The notes: generated from the letters alone by a model not told the origin. A DNA stretch of 60,707 bases, filler included, from Hausera hauseri (GCA_046269625.1; 11 parts of 11 records of this genome joined end to end with filler, not necessarily neighbours in it); one strand, 5' to 3'; positions 12,746 through 24,533 are shown, counted from the whole stretch's first letter. Translations and numbers: made by a program.

Positions 12746-13760
12746 ACTCAAAAATGAAGAATAATTAAAATTATTTATTTTTAATAAACGGAAAATCTGT
12801 TTCAAATTTGTAATTAATAAATTATATTTTAAACTTTAACTCTAATTCAACTTCGACGAAATGTGCGATAAAATGTCAAGTGATACTTCGTATTTCGATT
12901 CGACGATTTTGCCGAGCAAACCTCTCGAAACTGATTGTTTGAGTATGGAATCTCAAATATTGTTATTGAACAACTTCGGTGAGCTTAATTTAATGGTATA
13001 TTTGTTTTATAGTTGCTTGAGGTAAAATCAGAAGTCATTCAGAGTTTCATAAAACTATACCACGTAGGAATAATTATAAGACAGGACATTCAAGTTGTTG
13101 CGCTTGTAAAAAAGAAAACGTTTCTTAACGCATCTAGGAAATTTGATTTTCAATAATTTAAAGTCTTCACATAGAGCGCAGTAGATAATTCGGGATCAGA
13201 AATCCATACGTTGAACGAGAGTAGAATCCCAAAGGAAGATAGATGCCATCATATACTGTGTCACTGAAATCAGTATTTATGCAGGAATTAAATTTGTTAG
13301 TGTGAAAATCATTTTACACTTTTATACTGCACTAGTTGAGAGATGCGTTGAATGAAATAAAATATTTTCTAACAATTGAAAAAATTCTGTCAAAACAGTT
13401 CTCAAAGTTTCATCTAACAATTTTAAAAATCACCTTTCAACAAATCAAAAATCGAAAAATCTTTAAGCGTAGACAGATAGGAAACCACATGGCGAATCAG
13501 AATATAACGTCAGATATTGGAATACAAGTTCACGAGTCGAGTATTCGAAAACTGGAATATTCGAAAATCGATAAATTTAAAGATTAAAATCGATAAATAT
13601 AATGCAATATTATAGTAACGTTTCAACATAGTAAATTTAATAATTAATTGGTTTTAAAAATAATAAACAAATGTGAAATACATAATATGAATTTAAATAA
13701 TGGACTATACTAATAATCTTGTATCTGATATAAATAAAATTTCATTGGATCATGTGAGTC

Positions 13761-13943
13761 ATGAAGAAGATGAATATACACAAGTTCATTCAGAAGACCA
13801 TACAGAAAATTTACACATGGATACAACAAATAAAACAAACTGATAAAATTGATAAAGAATGTGAAAATTGCAAATACAATGAGTGTGATTGTGACGAAAA
13901 TGAGTTCAGTATTATCGAAGAACAAAGTTGCTGTGATGAATAA
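13761..13943 (+). CDS. Small Cys/acidic-rich hypothetical protein, convergent with the TBP-like gene
   Basis: 60-aa ATG ORF with CENC/CDC/CC clusters; AATAAA overlaps the stop. Confidence 0.3.
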   Translation: MKKMNIHKFIQKTIQKIYTWIQQIKQTDKIDKECENCKYNECDCDENEFSIIEEQSCCDE

Positions 13944-13988
13944 AAATGACAGTTAACGATTGTTAGTGTTGTACTGTTAATAAAGTTG

Positions 13989-15742
13989 TTACATATATAG
14001 ATTTTGTTTTTGAATAAAAAACAAGTCGATAACAATATATTGTCTAAAACAACTAACAAAATTACTATAATTCAAATCTTTCAAACCGGTTATAACAATT
14101 TTCCCGTGTAAAAACATTTACACATTGAGGATTATAAAAAGTTAGTCTAACTGCAGGAAACAATTCTGGTTCATAAAGACTTGGATTATTCCTCACCAAT
14201 CCATTGAGATCTATAGGCTGACCAAAATCACATGTCACGGTGATAGATTGTATGATCACAATGGAAATACTTAGTAGTCCAATAAATACTGTTAAACATA
14301 AATTATAAAATATTGACAATGAAGAGATTTTTCATTAATTTTGTTTGTTTATTGTCTATGGGTTAATAAAGTAATTTACAATATTTCATTCAAAATGGCC
14401 ACCTTTAGCCTTTACACAAGCTTTAAGACGGTTTGGCCAATCATCAATGGCAGCACGCACCTCATATGGGAAAATTCTCTATTGCTCGAGTAATTAATCG
14501 CTTTAAAGATTCAATGTTCGGGTGTTGTTTAGAGCAAGTCATGCCCTCTAAAACGAATCATAACTTGTAGTCCAAAGAGTTAAGATCCTGACTTCCAGTT
14601 GGTCACTCTTCCGGAGAAATGAAATCCGGTTTTCCAACCATGTTTGGGTGGTCTTAGCTTCATGAGCAAACGCAGAATCCTGCTGAAAGGTCCATGGCTG
14701 ATTTTTAAACATAATCGTGTTGAGTGGCTTCACAACACCTTCCAAAATGTCTTTATGGTAAACAGATGATGTTTTGACACATCTTTCACAAAAATGGATG
14801 GCAGTGGTCCCATCATAGCCCACTCCCCACTAAACCATCACTGAAGCAGGATGGTGACCACGCTGAACTCTGGGAAGAAATCCCACAGCTTCTTTTGAAG
14901 ATCTAGCATATACTCTATCATTTTGTTTCTTGTAAGATTCTTCAACGGAATTTTTCGATGCTTGACACGCACGTACCGCGCCAACAGCTGCTTTGATTTC
15001 ATCTTTCTCTTCTGCTTCAAATCCTCCGTAAGTTGTCCGATGTGCTTTTTATAAGCACCTTACCCCAAATCTTGTTTTATTATGCGAAACATGGAATTAC
15101 GCTCTAAATTCATTTCACGGCGCATGATTTTCTGTTTTCGTAGAGGATTTCTATCGATTCGGGCCATTACAGGTTTAATGGCTTGTGGTGTTCTTACAGG
15201 GCATGGTCTTCCCGATCTTTGAGGGTCAATCACATCACCAATATCCTCAAACAATTTCACAGCTCGGTACACAAACGTTCGACTAATTCCAAGTGACTTT
15301 AAAGATTACGGATTAAACATTAAAGCGTCTTAAGGATTACCGATTTTTCAATTTTGCATTTAAAGAGCACGATTACGGCAATACGATTTTCTTTGTCTCC
15401 CCATTCCATTTTTAAAAATATAATTTAAACAAAGCTATTGTATACAATAACGCTAGACTAACTACTTGACACATCAAATGACAAAACATGGATACATTCA
15501 ATATTTCATTATTCATGAATGCGTTCAAACATGCAACAATATTTATGGAACTACTGTGTATTATAGGGTAAACTGTATGAATCAATAGGTTGTTTGCAGG
15601 CCATTATTCGACATTTCCCACAGGAAAAGAATACAATTGTATATTCCAGATATCGTAAAAGACATTGTTTAGGCTTACTGCTGAATTGAAACCTACCTAA
15701 CGAATCTGTAGTGAAGCCCTTCTAATTAACATTGCTCAACAT
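13989..15742 (-). pseudogene. Minimal intronless TATA-binding-protein-like gene (~155 aa) interrupted by a maT transposon
   Basis: Removing 14270-15558 plus one TA joins 15742-15561 to 14267-13989 in frame: MLSNVN*KG...YTIVFFSCGKCRIMACK (repeat 1) ...IQSITVTCDFGQPIDLNGL..YEPELFPAVRL..CVNVF[frameshift]GKIVITGLK (repeat 2). Confidence 0.75.
14270..15558 (-). mobile_element. Full-length decayed Tc1/mariner element, maT/DD37D (Bmmar1-like); transposase 14386-15409
   Basis: TA on both sides (14268-14269, 15559-15560); imperfect TIRs cttagtagtccaataaatactgtt / aacaatatttatggaactactgtg; transposase begins MEWGDKENRIAVI, contains FQQDSA, ends WPNRLKACVKAKGGHFE*; several frameshifts. Confidence 0.88.
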
Positions 15743-16371
15743 TTCTAAAAATGACAAGTTTAATCGGATCTTTTATCATCAAGGTAGAGGTTGGGAAAGT
15801 AGACTAACACAACATGAATTTTTGCAAATTACAAACTTTTTAAAATGATATTTTCATATAAATTCATTCTATTCAAATCCATGAATATTGCCAATTATCA
15901 ACATTCAACATGATATTTAAACAAATAATTTTAAATTGCATACATGTAATAAAACTAAATTTCAATGAAACGAAACCTACAACATTTATTAACGCATATG
16001 AAATACTAATATGTACAATAAATATTATTCTGGGTCATATGAAACATGACACGGTAGAATCTACGAATCAGCATCATAGTTACAATCTCTAACAACATGA
16101 GCAGTTTCATTGCACTTGTAAAACTTTCTTTCATTTGAATCACCATTCGAGTATTTGTCAGAAACATGGTCAGAAACTTTTTTGAAAATGCTCACTGTAA
16201 GTAGATCGTGTATCTACCATTCCGACATCAACGTCACACGAGTATTGTAAAGTAGAATTTTCCATAAGGTTNNNNNNNNNNNNNNNNNNNNNNNNNNNNN
16301 NNNNNNNNNNNNNNNTTAATTAATTAANNNNNNNNNNNNNNNNNNNNNNNNNNNNNNNNNNNNNNNNNNNN

Positions 16372-16442
16372 CATCCATGTGCTGATTCTCGCATATCATC
16401 AATCATCATGACCGGCCGATCTCCGAATAAATCAGCGTGTCC
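16372..16442 (+). mobile_element. End of an IS5-family-like insertion sequence (71 bp, truncated at contig edge)
   Basis: Exact reverse complement of 20503-20573; terminus gaataaatcagcgtgtcc followed by ttag (YTAR target typical of the IS5 subgroup). Confidence 0.7.
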
Positions 16443-16951
16443 TTAGAGCTACATGTAACGCTTGATGTGTCGCAACTGCCTGGTTTTTATCAGAGAGGTT
16501 TTCCAGTAGGTCAACCTCTTGACAAAAAATTCAGAAAAGGCGTGGAGCAGACACTCGCATCTGTGCACCAAACAATTTCAGGCATTTTTGATTATATGGG
16601 AGAAAAGGCACCAACCCAGAGAGGACTTACTTACTATTTTTAGAATCTTGTTTGGTAAACAGCGTTAACTCCATAAATCAATTGAAATACCGGCACATGA
16701 CCGAATGTGTCTCTAATATGCCACACTTTTGCAAATTGCTTCAGCTTTAGCGCAAAACCCCTTGACCCATATTGAGAAAGAGTTGTACAAATGGCCACAG
16801 ATTGGCAAGTAATAGGTTAATTAGGGGTAGCAGATTTAATTGATTTGAAAGATGGTTTGGGCTGGGCAACCTGGCAATCTCTGCGGAACAACGAGATTTC
16901 TCTGCCGCCCTCAATTTTGTAGAAAGACATATTTTGTAGGAAGACATAGCT

Positions 16952-19900
16952 ATGGAAAATTCACTGAAAAGCCGTCCTGTAAGTGCAACCGTTGCGAAAT
17001 TTGGTGGTGTGAAGGATAAGTCACAACGCCTGAAGGCAGAGGGCGCTGTATTTAGTGCGGGTAATGACCCTGCACTCATGATCGACGGTGTCAGGCTGGA
17101 TGTGTCCAGCGCCATGCCGCAGAAGCCCAGGGTCATTATCAAATCCAAATCGAAACCAGCACCTCGGAAACCAGCGTCTCTCACAGAAGAAAGGGAGGAA
17201 GAAAGTTTTCAGGCCCAGCCTGAAGAGGTAGTTCCTGCCTCCAAACCCGTGATGGAGAGTCCTGCCTCCAAACCCGTGATGGAGAGTAAAGAGGCAAACG
17301 ATGTTGGGGGTGTTGTAGTGAGAGAGGGAAATACAGATTCTGTGACTCCCGGTAAGACAGCGGTTTCAGCAAATGCGCCGGCTCAAAAAGAAGAGAACAA
17401 TAATGTGGGGTTAATCCCCTTTTGGATATTGGGTGTTGGCGGCATAGCAGCTTATTCTTTACTAAGTGATAGCCAGTACAGTAGCTCTCCAGCGGCTACA
17501 ACTCCTTCACCCATTACTCCGCCGACTACAACAGGAGTGACGGTCAGCGGAACGGTAAATGCCGGGCCTGTGACGGGTGGAGCAAAAGTGGTTGCGTACA
17601 AAGCTGATGGCACAGTACTCAGTGAATCGGCTGTGGCGGCTAATGGCAGTTACAGTATCAACTTGGGGGACTACACAGGAAATGTCATTTTTGCGCTGGT
17701 TGACACCAATGGTTCCTCAACCAACTATATTAACGAAGCCACGGTAAACAGCAGTGTTTCAAAAGGGGCGACAGACCTGGGCAATGTGGTGCTCCGTGCA
17801 GCGACGTATATAGCACCGGGTACGACATCACTCAATATACATATCACCCCGTTGACCGAGTTGGCCGTGTTGAAGATGGGGCTACCGTCATTAACTTTTA
17901 ATAGCAGCACGTTAAACACGACGACAATTTCCAATGTAAACAAGGCGATTAGCAAATTATTTTTAAATGATGGCACGGCAGAAATTACCGCAGTAAACCC
18001 TGCTCCAGCCATTACCAGTACCGGTACAAATAATTCCGGTGTGAACACCTATGGTAAGGTGCTGGCTGCGTTATCTGGTGTGGATCAGACGACCAGGGGC
18101 ATTAGTCAGACCTTGGTGCAGTTGGCGGGACATATCAGCTCCGCGGTGGACGGATCAACTACGTGGGTAGCACAATTGGGGGAAATTGCCGCCAGAACGC
18201 TCATGACGAACGGGGTTGCACAAGTTAATACCGCATTCAAAGATGCCGGTGTGACACCAGTTTCAACGGTCCGCACCGATACCAACAATATTGCTTGGTT
18301 CAAGGTTCCTCAGGTAACCAGTATAACCAGCCCAACCAATGCAAGTGTCTATTATGGGTTGAACAGTCCTTCGGTCAAGGTGAATCTGAATTTTGACAGT
18401 CCGATCAAGCTTGCAGTTGGCAAGACTGTAACGATAACTGCCAAGCTGGGGGGGCAGGCATACACACTGACAGCAACCGGGGATACAACAACAGCAGGGG
18501 CGAACGGTGTTACAACATTAACGTTTGTTGGCCCCCAGATACCGGCAAATCTGAATAATATCCGTGCCAATTTCTCGATAGATGCCAATGGTTTGCAGCT
18601 CGGGACTGCTGCAAATACGGAATTTACCGATACCTATGGTAACAGCCTTCAAAAAACTCATTTGGGACTAACGGCCAGCGACGTCTTCATTTATACAGCA
18701 CCGCCGACGCAGGCTACGATTACGCTGGGAACTGGTGTTGCCGATGGCGCGACGTCTGCCGAAGCAACTCAAACTTCCGGTGTTGTCCTGGTGAGTGGTG
18801 AAAGTGGTGCTTCTGTCGCGGTAACTTTTGTCAATGGCACGAAGACGGTGACCAAAACAGTGACAGGCACGGGAAACAATCAAGCGGTAACCTTGGCCTC
18901 TACTGATCTCAGTACGCTTGGGGATGGTTCTGTCACTGTCAAGGCAACCGTCACGGATGCGGTGGGCAATTCCAGCAGTGCTGCCTCAACAGCGTTTGTG
19001 CTGGATGCAACCCCTCCGCCGGCGGCTACGATTACGCTGGGAACTGGTGTTGCCGATGGCGCGACGTCTGCCGAAGCAACTCAAACTTCCGGGGTTGTCC
19101 TGGTGAGTGGTGAAAGTGGTGCTTCTGTCGCGGTAACTTTTGTCAATGGCACGAAGACGGTGACCAAAACNNNNNNNNNNNNNNNNNNNNNNNNNNNNNN
19201 NNNNNNNNNNNNNNNNNNNNNNNNNNNNNNNNNNNNNNNNNNNNNNNNNNNNNNNNNNNNNNNNNNNNNNGTCAAGGCAACCGTCACGGATGCGGTGGGC
19301 AATTCCAGCAGTGCTGCCTCAACAGCGTTTGTGCTGGATGCAACCCCCCCAACGGTGTCTAGCGTTCTGATCAAGGGGGTTGATGGTACTTCGAGTACGG
19401 ATAAAACAGCATTGATCGTGAACGACAAGATTCAGGTTGTGGTGACAGCCAGTGAAGCGATCAATGTTAATATCAAAGATGGTGCACCTAGCTATACGAT
19501 TAGCGTAGGCGGGCAGAAGCGCTATGCCATTTATGATAAAGGTAGCGGAACGGATACAGTCACCTTCTCGTATCAGGTGCAATCTTCAGATGTCAATGTG
19601 ATCAATACCGACAAGGGCGGGATTGCATCTGGAGCTGGGGCGATTGCGTTAAATGGTGGGAAGATTACCGACACGGCGGGGAATAACATGATTACGGCAA
19701 CCCCTGCAGCATACAAGGCGTTATCAGTCACAACCGGGGTTGAGGACAAAGTGAATCCTACTTTGACAATAAACAGTGATAAAGCGGGTGTGAATTTGGG
19801 CGCAGGGGGTACCGCAACGCTGACGTTTATGTTCAGTGAGACGGTAAAGAATTTTGATGCAACCGATATTACGGTAGGAGGCAGTGGCGGAACGATTTCA

Positions 19901-20539
19901 AATCTCACGCAAAACACGGCAAACCCTCACGTCTATACGGCGACATTTACCAACTCCACCAATGCGGGTAACTACACTACTCCGCAAGTGTCTGTAGCGG
20001 CTGGCGCATATACAGACCTGGCCGGTAATGCCAACACGACATCGACCACATTAAATAATAATGGCAGTGGTGCCTTCACTGCCGGCCCCGCATTGGGAGG
20101 TATGACGGTTACGGTGTACGATGATCACGGGCGCGTTCTGGATAGGGCTGTGGTGCAAGCTGACGGCAGCTATCGCATCAACACCGGCAACTATAGCGGC
20201 AAGGTGTTGCTGGCCTTAACCGACAGCAATGGCAGTGCTACCAACTACATGGATGAAGCAACTTTGCAGGGCAAGGACTTGGGGAATAATGTACTGCGCG
20301 CAGTGGGTCATGTGCAGGCTGGTCGGCCATTCAACATCAACGTAACGCCATTGACAGAATTGGCCGTGTTGAAAATGGGTCTTTCCAGCGGTAAAACCGA
20401 TTTGTCTTCAGTAAGTGACGCAACGGTAAAACAAGCCAATAGCGCGATTGCCAAGTTGTTCTTGAACGACAGCGTACACTCCATTACAGAATTGTCACCT
20501 AAGGACACGCTGATTTATTCGGAGATCGGCCGGTCATGA
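16952..20539 (+). CDS. Bacterial giant Ig-like repeat surface adhesin (BapA/T1SS-type), C-terminally truncated by an IS end
   Basis: 1195-aa Thr/Gly/Ala/Val-rich ORF with an upstream agga RBS; hydrophobic LIPFWILGVGGIAAYSLL; ~104-aa near-identical Ig-like repeats (..TDAVGN..) spanning an N gap; further DTAGN/DLAGN Ig-like domains; two copies of a TPLTELAVLKMGL module; the last ~12 codons derive from IS sequence. Confidence 0.85.
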   Translation: MENSLKSRPVSATVAKFGGVKDKSQRLKAEGAVFSAGNDPALMIDGVRLDVSSAMPQKPRVIIKSKSKPAPRKPASLTEEREEESFQAQPEEVVPASKPVMESPASKPVMESKEANDVGGVVVREGNTDSVTPGKTAVSANAPAQKEENNNVGLIPFWILGVGGIAAYSLLSDSQYSSSPAATTPSPITPPTTTGVTVSGTVNAGPVTGGAKVVAYKADGTVLSESAVAANGSYSINLGDYTGNVIFALVDTNGSSTNYINEATVNSSVSKGATDLGNVVLRAATYIAPGTTSLNIHITPLTELAVLKMGLPSLTFNSSTLNTTTISNVNKAISKLFLNDGTAEITAVNPAPAITSTGTNNSGVNTYGKVLAALSGVDQTTRGISQTLVQLAGHISSAVDGSTTWVAQLGEIAARTLMTNGVAQVNTAFKDAGVTPVSTVRTDTNNIAWFKVPQVTSITSPTNASVYYGLNSPSVKVNLNFDSPIKLAVGKTVTITAKLGGQAYTLTATGDTTTAGANGVTTLTFVGPQIPANLNNIRANFSIDANGLQLGTAANTEFTDTYGNSLQKTHLGLTASDVFIYTAPPTQATITLGTGVADGATSAEATQTSGVVLVSGESGASVAVTFVNGTKTVTKTVTGTGNNQAVTLASTDLSTLGDGSVTVKATVTDAVGNSSSAASTAFVLDATPPPAATITLGTGVADGATSAEATQTSGVVLVSGESGASVAVTFVNGTKTVTKXXXXXXXXXXXXXXXXXXXXXXXXXXXXXXXXXXVKATVTDAVGNSSSAASTAFVLDATPPTVSSVLIKGVDGTSSTDKTALIVNDKIQVVVTASEAINVNIKDGAPSYTISVGGQKRYAIYDKGSGTDTVTFSYQVQSSDVNVINTDKGGIASGAGAIALNGGKITDTAGNNMITATPAAYKALSVTTGVEDKVNPTLTINSDKAGVNLGAGGTATLTFMFSETVKNFDATDITVGGSGGTISNLTQNTANPHVYTATFTNSTNAGNYTTPQVSVAAGAYTDLAGNANTTSTTLNNNGSGAFTAGPALGGMTVTVYDDHGRVLDRAVVQADGSYRINTGNYSGKVLLALTDSNGSATNYMDEATLQGKDLGNNVLRAVGHVQAGRPFNINVTPLTELAVLKMGLSSGKTDLSSVSDATVKQANSAIAKLFLNDSVHSITELSPKDTLIYSEIGRS

Positions 20540-20574
20540 TGATTGATGATATGCGAGAATCAGCACATGGATGG
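20503..20574 (-). mobile_element. Second, inverted copy of the same IS5-like end
   Basis: ctaa (20499-20502) + ggacacgctgatttattc...; interrupts the adhesin ORF. Confidence 0.7.
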
Positions 20575-20674
20575 NNNNNNNNNNNNNNNNNNNNNNNNNN
20601 NNNNNNNNNNNNNNNNNNTTAATTAATTAANNNNNNNNNNNNNNNNNNNNNNNNNNNNNNNNNNNNNNNNNNNN

Positions 20675-23600
20675 AGCTTCCAATTATCATACTCCCAACT
20701 TTTATTTCGCCCCATCCACTTTCGTTTATCATCGTTACATGAAAAAGCGATTTTCGCACTAGTTATTGTGTACAGCTGGTGTTCAATTGATCGGATGATC
20801 GTTTCAGACACAACAGCCACTGATTGTCCTCCTTCTGCCGCGTCTTCATCTATACGGTGATAATCACTGTGGTCGGTTTCCATCTGCCTCAGCTGGACTC
20901 CTTTTGCCTGCATTTTTGGCCCATAGTCCGTCAGAAGACTGTAGCAATTTGGGCGTAGGAATATCCATTCCCGATATTGAACCCTGCCTTTACTTTCATC
21001 CTTGAAACAGCCGATTTTGTTGGTGATCACGCTGCTGTACAACGGATGATCCGGTGGGTAGGTGGACGTGTCCAGTAATCCATCTGACTGCATTTACTGC
21101 AGTAGCTGTTCGCGATTGACTTTTTTCAGCCGCAGGAAAAAACTGGCTGTGTCACCGGCAATTATACTAATATCATAGTCGTCAAACATTTACCTGTAAC
21201 GTTTCAAGTCGCAATACTGTAGCTCATGCATTCTCAACTTATTCAGGTCCAATACCACTTGTCCGATGTAATTTGGCCGGTCCAGAATGACTTCTTCTCG
21301 GTTTAACAGCACCGCAGCCAATCCATCAGCAATGTGCATTGACCGCCGAAACTGTGTTTTGCTGATATATGTAACCAGCCACTTTTCCACGTTACATACG
21401 AGCATATTAAGCCGCTTTTTCAGATTCGCCACTATTTTTCCGTACAGGGAATTGATTTTCAGCTTGTAGTAGTCCTTTTCGAACTTTGTACAACTTGCGG
21501 CTCATTTCTCCGAATTTCCATCTATGTACGCCTTGAATATTGGAGCCTGAGCAAATAGGACTGCACGATGCAGCTGTGTAACGCGTACACCGAGCTGCAT
21601 GTAGAACTCTAACAGACGCCATTTGACCACTTAAATCAGCTTCGGTTCATGCGTCATGAGCAGTTCCTTCACTTTTGAGCCTGGCGGACATTAGTTAAAT
21701 GGTGCGACAGGTAAATCGTCCAAAACGTAATGCAGTTCATTTTGTATCTTGAAATCAACCTCCATCAGGTATCCGACTAAGCCTGCCATGTCTGCTCGTG
21801 GTAGTTTGACCATTACGTTGTACAAATCCTGTCTGTCGACAACCCATTCGAGTGAACCGTACGGCAAGGGTTGCGAAAGCGCCCAACCATAAAGTTTATT
21901 AATATCAATATACAGCAGTGATGTGATATCGGTAGCACTGACCTAATGCTTGTTGACAAATGTCATGCCGCCGCGAATACCAACATCAAACAGACGGTAA
22001 ATTTCTGGGTCTTGCAGCAGGTCAATATCTCGATCCATTGACATTAGAGCTGAGGCTCAACTCATTCCCGGTATGGAATAAAAGTTGAGTAGCTCCAGCC
22101 TGTCTTCAGCCAACGCTTTTGCTCGGAACGCTTAAAACACGTCGGCTAATAAGTGCACGTCCAGTTTAGGATAGTGCAGTATGTAATCCAACATATTTCT
22201 ACAGCTGAGTTCTGTCCAACATCTCTGTGCTTTCCGGTATTCATCCTCTTTGATATCTGTCCATCGCGGAGGTAATTCCTCTGTTGTCCGAAGTCGCTCC
22301 TATTATGTTGCAAAGTCATATGGGAATATGCCTTGCTGCGCGCGATGTGTTCGGGAACTGCGTCAGTGCTATTGGCACATTTGGCAAGGCATTTACCAGT
22401 TTTGGCAATGATTGCCAAATTGCAGCTAATCAAGGAAGCATACCTGGAACCGGTTTATACGAGCAGACAGTGACAGGTATTTCTCCATCGTAGTCGGAAT
22501 TATGGATAGTTCCCAGTGCACAAATCCGTTTGTTGCCCATTTCAAAATATGGTGACAATCATAACCCCTGAAGTTATGAAATACCACCGGTAAGAATGGT
22601 CGCACACGCCTTGCCAAATTGCATGAATTACATGCTGTTCCGAAATATCGACTAGTAAAATGATCGTGATCCGGTACGAGCCGTTCCTATGCGTCAGAGG
22701 GTAATATTTTGTTGCACCGGTAACATTCATTTGTGACTGCAAACGTCAGGCGTTCATCTTCATCTGTCCACATCAAGGGTTTATTGCTATTTATACTATA
22801 CCAGGGTGCGATTTCAGGTTCCACTATGGTTTGCAACTGTTGCAAGAAATCGCGTACACAATTTCATCCGTGGAAAACAATATTGAGGTTGACCTGCGGC
22901 TTTTATTGGGACAATCAACTTACCGACGGCGATTGGAACGCTTTTGGTCATATATGTTGGGCCGTGGTAAGATAGCTTCGATATTGGCATATACTACATA
23001 TGCCGGACTGTCTGTTTTTGACCAATCAGTGAACCTGAGTTCCCGTTTGACGAGCATGACATACATTGTGGTTCCTGACAAATTTTGTCTGCACAGTCAC
23101 ATGTTTCTCCCATGTTGTTTCCGACCTGAATCCATGAAGACATGCAGGACATCATTTACACTGTATCCGTTTTTGGAGGAATTGGTCATGCTCCATGTTC
23201 AGTAGTCTGTCCAGATTTGTCACAGAAACGTAATTGTACTTTTCTTTTTGTTCCAGTAGCAACAAATTTACTGAGCGGCCATTTGGGTTCCGACTACGAT
23301 AGATTATATCCACATGAGGATTTTTGTAAATTTCTTTATCCGCCTGTATTTCTACGATTGTGTTGTACCGGAACACGTTGATTGCCAGTGTCGGATTACG
23401 TCGTTCAAAAGCCGGAATGGATTTCAATTTCATCGTCATCCAGCTTTCATCGAAATCCAATTCGAAAAAATATTTCTGATACTGTTTTGAACGATTTGCA
23501 TGATATCTGTTTACTTCGCTGTACTTCAATATAGCCAGAATACTGTACAGAAAACAGTAATCGTCGTCAGTATTTTGTACATTCACTACCGCCCGAGACT

Positions 23601-23862
23601 GCTTTAGAGCTGCAGGTGTCGGTATGAATGATCGTCCAGACAAATATATGTCACTCGACTTTGTTATGATAAAGCCGAGGGTGACAATTCGTATAATTCG
23701 CCATCTACTACCCTTTTCCGTGTAGTTGGCGATTTTCTCCCAGAGCTTTTCGCCTACGTCGGAAATAAAATCATTGGCATATGGTACAGCTCGATATGAC
23801 AAGTACCATTGTTTCCTGTCATCTTCAACGTTTTCAAATTCTACAAGTACATAATATTGCAC
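20675..23862 (-). pseudogene. polB: Polinton/Maverick (adintovirus-like) protein-primed DNA polymerase B, fragmented
   Basis: Ordered motifs: GRSFIPTPAAL..VVNVQNTDDDYCFLYSILA (Polinton PolB N-terminus), DHDH EndoVII-like insert, FHNFRGYD (ExoII), LLYIDINKLYGWALSQPLP (motif A), KLKINSLYGK (B), IAGDTASF (C), IGCFKDE..IFLRPNCYS; many stops and frameshifts. Confidence 0.92.
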
Positions 23863-23933
23863 TTTACAGTGTTAGTGTTGGAATTTCTCCACTTCTGATT
23901 TCAACCGGTTGCGCACATTTTGCGGAACATGTC

Positions 23934-24533
23934 TCAACTGCGTTGTTGTTGTTTCGCCGACAGGTTCGCTTTTATGTCCACGTATGATCTGTTCAGATCG
24001 TACTTGACATTAATGTCGGGTTTCTGTTGTATCTGTTCCTCTTGCTGTTGTTGCTCCTGCTGATCCTGCTGTTGGTCTTGCTGCTCGGTACTGGTTCTGA
24101 TGTATTTGTCCAGACTTATTGATGCCTTACGTTTTCTCCTGGTTGTTGTTGTTGTTGTTGAAGGGATTCTGCTGATTTTTGTTGATTCCATTAATATTTG
24201 TTTTTTCGACCACCGCTGAAACTGGTTTAAGTGGTCCTGGTGCTCATTGTAAAATTGTTTGTAGTTGATTTCATCAACTATTGAACAAGCGGGACAAATA
24301 TAGGCCCGTTTACCGTGCACCGTTGTGGCGCCGTAGTATTGCTCTATTGCACTATAGCAACCATCAACGTCGTGCACTGTACTTGTGCAGTACCGTGGGT
24401 ACATAGGGCAATGCACTAGCATCATCTTCGACCGTGTAAACGGTCCGAGATGATGCTTGTGCATCTCATAAAATTCGGGGTACGGACATTGTGCTGAAAT
24501 ATTACACGTCGGACACAGATGTGTCCATTCCAA
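23934..24533 (-). CDS. Polinton ORF upstream of pPolB with two CxxC...HxxH modules, basic RRKRK patch and Q-rich tract
   Basis: CPTC..EFYEMHKHHL and CPAC..QFYNEHQDHL; same strand as and directly 5' of polB; possibly the PolB N-terminus. Confidence 0.55.
   Translation of the reverse strand: MEWTHLCPTCNISAQCPYPEFYEMHKHHLGPFTRSKMMLVHCPMYPRYCTSTVHDVDGCYSAIEQYYGATTVHGKRAYICPACSIVDEINYKQFYNEHQDHLNQFQRWSKKQILMESTKISRIPSTTTTTTRRKRKASISLDKYIRTSTEQQDQQQDQQEQQQQEEQIQQKPDINVKYDLNRSYVDIKANLSAKQQQRS

Noticed and set aside
14065-14319. ORF-track N-terminus MSIFYNLCLTVFIGLLS as a signal peptide
   Set aside because: Those codons come from the maT transposon end (14270 and above), not from the TBP-like gene.
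16952-20539. Horizontal transfer of a bacterial adhesin into the animal genome
   Set aside because: The contig is entirely bacterial with IS ends and no eukaryotic flank; a co-sequenced bacterium is more likely.
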